Shown here in pieces: positions 12,463 through 22,927 of a DNA stretch of 64,000 bases (within the stretch, counting starts at the first letter, position 1; each line of letters opens with the position of its first letter). The position numbers and the translations under genes were made by a program. Under the pieces are notes generated by a model. The model was given only the letters and a program-made list of their open reading frames with translations. It searched no databases and was not told the DNA's origin. The DNA comes from Squalus acanthias (taxonomy: Eukaryota): assembly GCA_030390025.1 (NCBI GenBank), contig CM059432.1, positions 107,882,001 through 107,946,000 of the forward strand. Reading direction: 5' to 3'.

Positions 12463-13837
12463 TGTAGGGGGTGGTGTTTTGTGTCAGCTTCACCTCTGAC
12501 TTCTGAGCCGTTCGAATCGCTCCCACTCCCTTGGTTCTAGACCTTGGACTTATTTGGGGGTTGTGATTAAAAAGTGCAGCAGACAACTGGTTTTGATGCA
12601 AGAACTTTGATCTTTATTCAAGAAAGTAAAACACAACACAAACACGCTTAACACTCTAAAAGTGGGGAACACTTTGGTACAAGCGAGGGAAATAACATTA
12701 AAAGAATACTTCACCCCTCCCAATCCCACTTTACTAGCTAGGTTGGATTCCAGAGAACCAGGGATAATGCTCACCAAACTAATCCTTGACAGTTGAGAGT
12801 TAGGGTTTAGAGTCTTTTGAATAAAAGTTTTGTAAGGCCCTTGTTGCCGCGAGATGTCCGATGGTCACTGAGGCGGTCGCTCTGGTTTCTTCTTGCGTGT
12901 CGGCCTGCTTCTGGAGCTGCTGGCTGCCTTTGTTGAACTTCTTTTTGTTGAACTCTGCCTCTGTTTAAACTGTCTTCTTCCAAGCTGTGGAACTGCCTTC
13001 TTGCAGAACTGTAACTGTCTTCTGCCGGACTGCTTGCTGAATTCCTTGCTGCTGTGTAACTCTACTGGAGAACTCAAACTTGAACTGTTGTACTGGAGAA
13101 CTCCCTTCTTTAACTGCCCAACTTGCTTCTCCTGAACTCTGTAACTCCAGCACTGACTTCTGCTGAAAACAGGCTTTCAATTGAACTCGAAGCTGCAGAA
13201 CTGCCTTCTGTTGAACTTGAACTGTTTTACTGGAGAACTGGCTTCTTGAGAAAACAGCCTTTCAATTATATCAATTGAAGCTTCCTTATCAAAACCAAAT
13301 CAAATCCCCGGTCATTGTAAGATTTTGGAGGCCTCGTCAACAGTAACGACTTTACTAGCGTGTTAACTGGTTTTTAGGATGGCTTGCATCCTGTCGATCT
13401 CCTTGGTTGATTACAGTTGATTGGTTTTGTGTTTGGTTTTCTAGGCTGGACTCGGTCTTTCTATAGAAATGGTCCTGTGTGGGTTTTGTTTTGCATGTTT
13501 CTGATGGGCCCTGTAATCGGTCTTGATGGGGCCTGTATTTTGGGTGGGACTGTCTTCTCCCTGGGTCTATTGTTCAAATGTTAATGTTTGCTGGGGCTTG
13601 AGTGGGGTCATCCTGGTTCCCCAGACAGTGTAATTAACTGCAATAACCAAACTGCTTTTACAGAGGTCGATTCCACCTCCTTGTCCCTTTACAGGCCCAG
13701 ACATATTTTTAAAATGCCAAAACTTGGTTTTTGGTCTTAAATTCCTTATGTTAGGCCCAAATGCATTTTTATCACTGAGGTAGTTCCAAAGTCCTTTTTC
13801 CTTGGGTTTTGGGGATCTGCAAATTTTGGAAACCTTA
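12463..13837 (-). repeat. 3' LTR
   Basis: Direct repeat of 17338-18715. AATAAA (minus) at ~12613-12618, TATA-like at ~13265, CCAAT at ~13420. Internal degenerate GAACTG(T/C)CTTCT repeats. Inner boundary lacks TG. Confidence 0.9.
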
Positions 13838-14472
13838 AGCCACTATAGTATCATCCTGGGTGGACAAAATTCCTGATCCTCGAAAGCCAACCTTCCCCTG
13901 TATTACCTAAAGTAAAACCCCAAAACACACATTACTTTTTGGTGTAGTGTTCCAATACATACAGGTAAGAATCAATAATACATCCACATCCAAGCATGGA
14001 GGGGGTCCAACACCCCTGCACCACTTGAAAAAAACCAAAATACATACATAGAAAGAAAATAACACGCGATCACAAAACTTTATTCATTTTAATAAAAACA
14101 ATTAAGGCTCGCCCTAAACCTGGCCATAGGCTTTATTGTAATGCTGGTCTCATGCTTTCTCATGTCGGGATCGGCATGCCGATTTCCTCTCTGTAGGGAC
14201 ACAAAACAGATAGCCATATCCCGAGAAGGTTCTCTGGCTTGACAGGTGATCGAGTCTCGAAAACTTTAAACTTACTTAAGTAAAAATAATTCACTAGAAC
14301 TAAAACTATCAAAACCGTAAAACACCTAAAATACATTAAAACTCTGTACATTCGCCGCCCGTCTCCGGACGGCCAGGTCAATCCCTGTATGGCCTCTGCC
14401 TTGGGCAGCTTCGGAGCAGCCTGTACGCCTGGACATAAGGTGGCCTGTACCGCAGGACCCTGAGAGTCCTTC

Positions 14473-15511
14473 TTAAAACAACTGAGGGTTTCCCTGAATC
14501 CCTGACAATCCTGGGAGTGTCCCCTCCTGTGCTACAGCACATTGCCCCCTTTGATGTGGCTGCTGAGACCCTGTCCTGTCCTGTCCTGTGGGTTCCCCGT
14601 AGCCTGAGGCTGCAGGCTGGGGATCCCTTTTCTTAGAATGACCCCTGACCTTGGGCGTTCTCTTTCGGGTCGCAGCCCCTGCTGGGCTGAACCATTGAAG
14701 CTCTGGTGACCACGGTAGTTTTGGCTGTGGTGTGCAAGGAGACCTTCTCAGGACTCTGGCCACTGGGGGTGTGCCTGAGTCCCACATAATTGGTGGAGTG
14801 TACCCTCCTGTGATACAAGCCACTGTCCCCACCGCTGCAGCCTGTGAGTCTGCCTGGGGATTTCTAACTTTGGGGCGGTCCACCTTTGCTGACTGTTCCC
14901 TTTTAGGTTTGAACAGCTTGCACTGGTTAATCTCCCACTCGTGGGTTCTCTGGGGTTCTAACAGCAGCCGATTTTTCTGGTGCTGGCTCCCCAGGTTACT
15001 GGCTGCTTGCCAGTGAATCTGTTTTAAAATCTCGTCCGCTGCCCTGAACGGAGTTTCTATGGGCTCCCCATTCTCTCTCTTTACCGGGACGGCCTTAAGG
15101 ACGGGATCCTGGGCTTGGACCTGCTTTAAGTCTGGGGGCAAAGCTACCCCGTGTGCCTCCCTTGTCCCGGATTGCGGCTACCAGACCTGCTTTATAGGGA
15201 TCCCAGAACTCTCCTTCCCTGGCCCCCTGCTTGGCCAACTTGTCAGCTTTTTGGTTACCCTCCCACGTGGTATGGAGGGATCCTAAATCTATGTCCAAAG
15301 GTTTGGACATTGCCCCAGCCTGCTCGTTCCCTGTGAATCCCATTAGGCTAAATGGGACCTGGTTAGACCTGGGTGAATTGGTCGGGTCTTCCGAATGGAC
15401 CACTGTGCTGGAAGCTCCGGTGTCCACCAAATATCTCCCCTGCACCGTCTCCACCCCTATCTTACCATCGTATTCCGGGGAACACAGGTAGACAGGCTGC
15501 GCTGGTTCTAG
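14473..15511 (-). pseudogene. Deleted pol remnant: aspartic protease + RNase H C-terminus + integrase N- and C-terminal pieces
   Basis: YLVDTGAS (protease active site) and LMGFTG (flap), then EGNQKADKLAK (RNase H last helix). After a frame change: DLKQVQAQDPVL (IN N-terminal-like), ILKQIHWQAASNL...INQCKLF (IN C-terminal-like) and an LRRS/basic tail. No RT (YxDD) or IN DDE core seen. Confidence 0.8.
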
Positions 15512-17335
15512 TCATAAGTCTGCGTTAGGGGGGGCAGATGGGGTTAGAGCACCAGTGGCGGTGGCTACTCTCCCTGGGCCATTTACTAGAGCTCGGATCG
15601 CAGCTACAACCGAGTCTAACGTGGGGGAAGAGGTCGTGGTTTCTACCTTTGGGGCAGGAGCTGGGGAATTCTTTCCTAGGTTGTCCTTCCACAGATTCCT
15701 ACAGTCTTTTCTCCAATGCCCACTCTTCCCGCACCCGAAGCAGTTACGCTTCGTGTCGGAAGGGTTACCCCCTTCCTGGTGCCATTGTTTCTTATTCTGG
15801 CTGGGTTTTATCTCGTGTACTTTTCCCTTAGGTGGGTGCTCTTCTGTCCCTCTACCGTTCCGGTAAGCCAGGGTCAGTTGTCTGACCACTGTCTTTTCGG
15901 TGCCCCGGGGGTCCCTTGGGTCAAACCACAGCTCGGCCTTAGCTCTGATCCGTGGTAAGCTGTTTGCCACTAGACTTTGGAGCCAGTGGGCCAGCTCATC
16001 CTGATTCAGGTGAGCCCGGTCGAGAATTCCATTACAGGCACTCCTGTACACAGGCCACAGTCGGTCTGCGAAAGCCTGTGGGGTCTCCCCTGCTAGCTGT
16101 TTTGTCCTCTCCACCCGGGAGAAGGGACTACCATCGTTCATTCCCATGGCCTCCAGAACTCCCTCTCGGATGGCAGCGTATCCACCCTGCCCTCTTTTAC
16201 TCTCTGCGGAGAGGGACTGGTAGATTTTACTGTCTAGGGAGAACAGGAGCATTTTTGCCATCTCGGCATCATCACAGTCGTTGATGCCCACTGCCTGTTC
16301 CACTTCCATGAAGTGGACTGAGGGGTCCCCTTGAGTGAGCTTACCCAGGTGACTTATCATAGCCCTAAGCTGTTGGGTACCGTGGGGAGCCACGAATTGG
16401 CTTTCAAGGGGTCCTTGACCCCCACCACCGCCGGGTGGGCCAAACTTTTGCTGCCGGACCGGGCACATCGGCCCCAGCTCCGACCTTTCCTGCATTGGTT
16501 CGCCCACCCCTCCCTGCTGCCAAACCGAGTTAAAACCCGGCGCCACAGGTGGTGGTGGTGTGCACTCCCTGCCAGCCTCACAAATCGCCCTTCCTTCCTG
16601 CTGCCCAACCGGGTCGTTCCCCGGTGCCACAGGTGGCGTTCGAACAGTTTCCCCCTGCACTTCCAGGTCCACTCGGGCCATACTTGGGCTTAACAGGCAT
16701 ACCATGCCTTTGGCTCTGGACAGAGCAAGGCTCAAACTTTCTATTTGTTTCTGGCAGGGGCTGTGCTCTCCCGCTTCATACCCCCTTGTGCTTGCTACCT
16801 TGTAAGCTGCCTGGACATCTCTTAACCTCTCCTCTAGTTCCTTCACTTGCTTGGCAAGGCAGGTGTTCTCTTCCCTCAACACTAGTTCACTGGTTTTTGC
16901 TTCGGTGACCTGACACTGAAAATACTCTTGACTGTTCCTGTGCGTTTCCACTAACTGCATCCTTTCCTGATCTCGGGCTGTTAGCTCATTCAGTAATGTT
17001 TCCCCTGCTAGGGCCCTTGCTTGAGACAGCTGAGTAGACTCCTGCAGTTCTGCTTTGAGTGTCTCGACACATTTGTCTAACAGTTGTATTTGTTTCTGGG
17101 AGCAGATCAACCAGATGGCTTTCTCCACAGATTTCCTGTGGTCCTTGCTCTCAGTCCACTTAGCTGCAGCGTCTATTGGACGTTCAGCACGTAGCAGACT
17201 GAGTACCCACTTCTTAGTTATATTCACTTTCTTGAACACATAAGAGGAAATCCTCTCTTCCATCTTAGTTTCTTCCTCAAAAACAGTGTCCACTGCATCA
17301 CCTCCCTTTTGCCAAGCTCCTGCCACGGTCGCCAT
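15512..17335 (-). CDS. gag: Gag polyprotein of the LTR element (~600 aa; start at 17335 or at the later MEER ATG ~17263)
   Basis: Uninterrupted ORF. N-terminal coiled coil, duplicated PPVAPG...QQ.G motif, MHR-like KQLAGETPQAFADRL, zinc knuckle CFGCGKSGHWRKDC, C-terminal PSAP. Confidence 0.9.
   Translation of the reverse strand: MATVAGAWQKGGDAVDTVFEEETKMEERISSYVFKKVNITKKWVLSLLRAERPIDAAAKWTESKDHRKSVEKAIWLICSQKQIQLLDKCVETLKAELQESTQLSQARALAGETLLNELTARDQERMQLVETHRNSQEYFQCQVTEAKTSELVLREENTCLAKQVKELEERLRDVQAAYKVASTRGYEAGEHSPCQKQIESLSLALSRAKGMVCLLSPSMARVDLEVQGETVRTPPVAPGNDPVGQQEGRAICEAGRECTPPPPVAPGFNSVWQQGGVGEPMQERSELGPMCPVRQQKFGPPGGGGGQGPLESQFVAPHGTQQLRAMISHLGKLTQGDPSVHFMEVEQAVGINDCDDAEMAKMLLFSLDSKIYQSLSAESKRGQGGYAAIREGVLEAMGMNDGSPFSRVERTKQLAGETPQAFADRLWPVYRSACNGILDRAHLNQDELAHWLQSLVANSLPRIRAKAELWFDPRDPRGTEKTVVRQLTLAYRNGRGTEEHPPKGKVHEIKPSQNKKQWHQEGGNPSDTKRNCFGCGKSGHWRKDCRNLWKDNLGKNSPAPAPKVETTTSSPTLDSVVAAIRALVNGPGRVATATGALTPSAPPNADL
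17318..17334 (-). promoter_or_regulatory. Primer-binding site, tRNA-Arg(UCG)-like
   Basis: TGGCGACCGTGGCAGGA, 3 nt after the 5' LTR end. Complementary (16/17 from memory) to the vertebrate tRNA-Arg-TCG 3' end ...UCCUGCCGCGGUCG-CCA. Confidence 0.75.
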
Positions 17336-17337
17336 TA

Positions 17338-18715
17338 TGTAGGTTTGTGTCAACTTCACTTCTGACTTCTGAGCGGTTCAAATCGCTCCCACTCCCTTGG
17401 TTCTAGACCTTGGACTTATTTGGGGGTTGTGATAAAAAGTGCAGCAGACAACTGGTTTTGATGCAAGAACCTTGATCTTTATTCAAGAAAGTAAAACACA
17501 ACACAAACACTCAACACTCTAAAAGTGGGGAACACTTTGGTACAAGCGAGGGAAATAACATTAAAAGAATACTTCACCCCTCCCAATCCCACTTTACTAG
17601 CTAGGTTGGACTCCAGAGAACCAGGGATAATGCTCACCAAACGAATCCTTGACAGTTGAGAGTTAGGGTTTAGAGTCTTTTGAGTAAAAGTTTCGTAAGG
17701 CCCTTGTTGCCGCGAGGTGTCCGATGGTCACTGAGGCGGTCGCTCTGGTTTCTTCTTGCGTGTCGTCCTGCTTCTGGAGCTGCTGGCCGCCTTTGTTGAA
17801 CTTCTTTCTGTTGAACTCTGCCTCTGTTTAAACTGTCTTCTTCCAAGCTGTGGAACTGCCTTCTTGCAGAACTGTAACTGTCTTCTGCCGGACTGCTTGC
17901 TGAATTCCTTGCTGCTGTGTAACTCTACTGGAGAACTCAAACTTGAACTGTTGTACTGGAGAACTCCCTTCTTACTGAACTGTCTTCTTTAACTGCCCAA
18001 CTTGCTTCTCCTGAACTCTGTAACTCCAGCACTGACTTCTGCTGAAAACAGGCTTTCAATTGAACTCGAAGCTGCAGAACTGCCTTCTGTTGAACTTGAA
18101 CTGTTTTACTGGAGAACTGGCTTCTTGAGAAAACAGCCTTTCAATTATATCAATTGAAGCTTCCTTATCAAAACCAAATCAAATCCCCGGTCATTGTAAG
18201 ATTTTGGAGGCCTCGTCAACAGTAACGACTTTACTAGCGTGTTAACTGGTTTTTGGGATGGCTTGCATCCTGTCGATCTTGGTTGATTACAGTTGATTGG
18301 TTTTGTGTTTGGTTTTCTAGGCTGGACTCGGTCTTTCTATAGAAATGGTCCTGTGTGGGTTTTGTTTTGCATGTTTCTGATGGGCCCTGTAATCGGTCTT
18401 GATGGGGCCTGTATTTTGGGTGGGACTGTCTTCTCCCTGGGTCTATTGTTCAAATGTTAATGTTTGCTGGGGCTTGAGTGGGGTCATCCTGGTTCCCCAG
18501 AGAGTGTAATTAACTGCAATAACCAAACTGCTTTTACAGAGGTCAACCCACCTCCTTGTCCCTTTACAGGCCCAGACATGTTTTTAAAATGCCAAAACTT
18601 GGTTTTTGGTCTTAAATTCCTTAGGTTAGGCCCAAATGCATTTTTATCACTGAGGTAGTTCCAAAGTCCTTTTTCCTTAGGTTTTTGGGGATCTGCAAAT
18701 TTTGGAAATCTTACA
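17338..18715 (-). repeat. 5' LTR
   Basis: On the minus strand it begins TGTAAGATTTCC and ends ...AACCTACA, followed by the PBS. Has one extra ~18-bp internal unit at ~17972-17990 relative to the 3' LTR. Confidence 0.92.
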
Positions 18716-19762
18716 CTACAATCCCCGTATCCATCACCTCTGTGAAAACTGAAGTAAAGCACTTATCTCTGACATTCCCTCACTCTCCACTGCAAGCTTG
18801 CCTCCTTCATCTTTTAGTGGTCTTGACTGTCCTGTTACTACTGCGCCTATCAGTCTTTTCTTGGCCCTTTTTTCTTTTCGCATCCTCATCTTTTTTGTAA
18901 CTTCCATATTTTTGATATTTATCCTGATTCTTTTATTACCGCAGTTTTTCCATGGAACCCCAGCCTTTGATACTTTTTTTCTTTTGAAATGTACCTGATC
19001 TATACATTTTTCATCTGTTTAATTTTTTCCATTTCTAAGGTTCTATTTGCCAATATTTCCTTCCATTTAATCTTGGTATGGCCCTTTTTTATTTCACTGT
19101 AATTATTTTTTTTTCCCCAGTCAAGTGCCTTTATCATCGAATTTTTCCTTTTTTATTCTTAATACTGAACCTAATTATACTTTGGCCACTGTTTCAAAAT
19201 GTTCTCTTACATTCCACCTTTTATGTTGCATACTTCCTTTGCTTCAGTACGCAGGACCAGGTGAAGCAATACTTCCTTGTTGGAATAGCAATATATCAAC
19301 TAAGAAAGCAGTCCTAAACACCCTGTGAAAGAAAAACAAGTCTATCTTTTCACCACAGCATTGTTTCCTATTCCAGTCTATTTGGGATAATTAAAATCTA
19401 GGGAATTCCATATAGTGTGTTTATACCTGACCTGTAGGTGAATGCTTCCAGCAGCTGGCATCCTAAGTCTTGGACTTGTATCATTTAGGATACAGAACTT
19501 CTAGGCATGAGCTTCCTTCAGCCCATATGTGCGATCCAGGACCAAGCTGAATTTCTAGCATTAAGAGGAAATTGTGCAGGGTGCATTCCAGTTTGCACTG
19601 ACCTGTTGCAGAGCCCTATGGAGGAAGAGTTAGTCTGGTGGGCATGTCTCTTAATCAAAGTTATGTCATGAGTTCCTGGTATGCAGCAATAGGCTTGAAC
19701 TTCTAGAACGTGACTGCCAATGCAAGCTGTCCACACTGAAGGTGGCTGTCCATCTTAAAGCT

Positions 19763-19991
19763 CATGATGCGGAGATGCCGGCGTTGGACTAGAGTGGACA
19801 AAAATGAGAAGTCGCACAACACCAGGTTATAGTCCAGATTTATTTAAAATTACAAGCTTTCGGAGCTGTCGCCCCTTCGTCAGGCCCTTCTCACAGTAAC
19901 TTTGCCTGACGAAGGGGCGACAGCTCCGAAAGCTTGTAATTTTAAATAAATCTGTTGGACTATAACCTGGTGTTGTGCGACTTCTCATTTT
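19763..19991. mobile_element. Penelope-like element remnant: inverted pseudo-LTRs with hammerhead core
   Basis: 12-bp TSD catcttaaagct (19751-19762, 19992-20003). ~85-bp inverted arms. CTGACGA-A-GGGGC-GACA-GCTCC-GAAAGCTT at ~19906-19935. Confidence 0.85.
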
Positions 19992-20787
19992 CATCTTAAA
20001 GCTAATAGACAACAAAGGTTTGATCTCTCTATTGACAAGTGCCACATTCAGCAATGCATTTATCCACTGTCATCAAGGGAATGCAAAACAATCTTATCTA
20101 TTGGGATGCTGAGCTCTTTCAACCTGTACCATGGGTTTCAGTTTAGTGACTTCAGCCTGTGCCAGGTTTGGTTCCAGTAGTATCAAGACCTTGGCCATTG
20201 TCCTTGATGTCAAAAAAGACCAGCAACCAGTACCAAAGATGGGACTTAGTTTGATTCTAGTTAGCATTAAGTATCAGCAATCATCAATCGAGGGGTACAG
20301 ATGCCACAGTTGTGCTGGAGCTCGGTACCCACATTATTAAAGGTTAACTGGGGTGCTGAGCTCTGGTAGGATCAGGCAAATGCACAGTAGGCCTTGCCAG
20401 CAAGTTCCATGCTATCTTAACCCATCAGTTAATGAGAGCTAGTTCCAGCTTTGGACTTTTCTGGTTCAACTATGCTCCCAAGCTGAAATCCAATTTGAAA
20501 ATGTCTTAATTGTGACTGGCATCAAGCAGATATACTTGAAGGATCTATGCACCTGGAATTTCCCAATTTTGCAAAACAAATATGAATGTAGACTTTTCCA
20601 TAAAAAGGTCTAGAACATGAGGCCTTGTTAATTGCAAATCAGTGTCTACAAGCAATCAAAGGGCTGCCTATAATTAGTGTAGTCCATGTTTATAAAGTCC
20701 CCATAAACTTAGTTTTTGTAACTTCTCTGATTGATAGACATCCATCTGCAACACACATTTGAAAAGTTGCTCTTCCAGACAACTCCT

Positions 20788-21272
20788 GCAGGTCTTTGAG
20801 AGGGTGCAGAGGAGATTTACTAGAATTATAAAAAGGTTTGAGGGACTTCAGTTACATGGAGAGACTAGAAAAGCTGGGATTGTTCTTAGAGCAGAGAAGG
20901 TTAAGCGGAGATTTAATAGATGTGTTCAAAATTATCTGGAGTTTTGATAAGAGTAGATAGGGAAAGACTGTTTCCACTGGCAGGAGGGTCAGTAACCAGA
21001 GGACACAGATTTAAGATAATTGGCAAAAGAATCAGAGGAGATGAGGAGAATTGTTTTTATGCAGCAAGTTGTTATGGTCTGGAATGAACTAGCTGAAAGG
21101 GTGGTGAAGGCAGATTCAGTAATAACTTTCTAAAGGGAACTGGAAATAAATATATATGAAAAGGAAGTATTTGTAGGGCTATGAGGAAATAGGGTAGTGG
21201 GGCTAATTGGATAGCTCTGTCAAAGAGTCGATGCAGGCACGATGGGCAGAAAGGCCTCCTGCTGTATGACTG
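20788..21272 (+). mobile_element. Decayed CR1 3' end
   Basis: ERVQRRFTR...RGHRFK-type motifs with frameshifts, followed by a CR1 3'UTR. Confidence 0.75.
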
Positions 21273-22927
21273 ATAATTCAATGGTTGGATAAATTTTGGA
21301 ACAGGAAAAGTCATTTGGCCCAACAAACACACTTCGTTCGGGTCTGTTTATTATTATTCAATCATGGACTTTCCTCCCATACCACCTATGAATTCTCTAC
21401 TTTAGGGAAAGTTAAATTCCTTCTTTTAAAAAGTGAAACCGAGCATTGCTATTAATATCCCTACATGACTACATCCCTCATTTCTTTTTCCTGACTGAGA
21501 TCGATCCCTTTCCATTTTAAAGGCATCAAGTGACCCTGAATCAATTAACTCTGGGAGTCTATTCCAGGTGAAGGAAAAAAATAACCGTTCTCGAAGCTTG
21601 CAAATTATGCACTTGTGCCCTCAACTCTTGTGCTTATTGCCCAAGCTTGCTTACTTCAACTGTGCTCTTTGTTATTTTGTAGTCCTATATCGTGTCTTCC
21701 CTCTATTTTGTCTTCAGAAAAAATAAATTTAATTGCTTAAACTTTTCTTCGTAATTTAGTCCTCTCAGCCCTGGATATCTTAATATAGGATATAAAAAAT
21801 ACCATACTCCAGAACTGGCGTCACCATTTGATCTGTACAGTGTCAGTTAAACTAGTTCTCATTTGTAACCAGTGCCCTCCAAAAACACTCTTGTATCCTT
21901 TTTGCCTTATTGATACCCCATCTGGTGAGTGTGAGGCTGTTATGATTAATAATTACTCTCAAATCCTTTTACTTTGAATCAAGAATTTTTTATTCAGATT
22001 TTAGCTTGGGCACATATTTGGATCAGTAACATGAAGAGCTGGAGCTAGCTACGCTGCCCGTAGAGAGGCTTTTGCATTCCATCGTGAAGTATCTACTGTT
22101 TTTCTGGATGCCTTGTCACTGTATGTGCAGTCCCATCCATGCTTATCGGCAGCTGCCGATATCGGATAAATAGCGCTAACCATTTCCTATTATCACAGGA
22201 GGCAATTACAAAGGCGTCGTTTATAATAAGCGTGCAAGAGTATTTCGGGTAGTTCAGTAAGTACGTAATCTATACATCCCGATTTAAAAAGCTCTACTGA
22301 TTTCAAAGAAAGTTGGGTCTTCAAGCAGTTTCAATAAACTGTTTGCACCTGGTTAAAGTGCGATTAGCTTAGTGATAAGATTCTGGATGCAACTATTAAC
22401 AATTAGGAGTGGCAGTTGTTAAGTGAGATTTCCTGTTTTTAAAAAAAATCTTAGTTACCTTTTTGGTTTTACCGTCCACCGTGTACAGCGAGCAGATAGT
22501 GTAAACATCAATGCACCCGGTATAAATGATGGGGACTGTATCTTTAATTATCTTGACCATGTCATTTTGATTTTTTTATATTAGTTGGTTTTTCTTTTAA
22601 AACCAGTTTTGGGTGGTCTGCCCCTCTGAACCTTGAGTCATGTTTCCACCCTCTCCCCCCCCCCCCCCCCCCCTTTATCCGCTTAGGGATTTAATTTCAC
22701 TGGCCGACTGCAAATAAGGCCTTTTCATGCCATAAATGTTTACTAATACCTATTTCAATATGCATTAACCTTGAATTACTGACAATTAAATCCAGCTGCC
22801 AAATCTTAGCCAATAATTGGTCCAAAACTCTGAAGATGTTCTCCTTTCTGCTCATTAGCTCCTCATGTAATTCTGTGTCATCAGCAAACTTCATGCTGCC
22901 AACACCCTGTCCAATATTATAGATAAT

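Larger units (their letters stand above)
12463..18715 (-). mobile_element. Retrovirus-like LTR element, internally deleted (LTR-PBS-gag-UGA-pro/deleted pol-LTR)
   Basis: Outer termini TG...CA. 4-bp TSD CTAC at 12459-12462 and 18716-18719. Two ~1.37-kb direct repeats, roughly 97-98% identical by eye. Gag, protease, RNase H and integrase motifs. Confidence 0.93.

Noticed and set aside
12865..13180. Short ORFs duplicated at 17728-17992
   Set aside because: They lie inside the LTR's low-complexity repeats, and their duplication just reflects the two LTRs. No recognisable domain.
14160..14381. Hydrophobic 73-aa ORF as an env remnant
   Set aside because: The hydrophobicity follows from T-rich sequence. 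No furin site, CX6CC or fusion-peptide motif, so it cannot be supported without full-length copies.
14636..14655. KVRGHS as an RNase H His-loop
   Set aside because: It lies downstream of the integrase pieces, out of domain order, in a basic tail; probably coincidental.
22090..22270. TCR/Ig V-like peptides on the minus strand (SCTLIIN, RYRQLP)
   Set aside because: Motifs are in the wrong order, with no conserved Trp, no YYC and no RSS.
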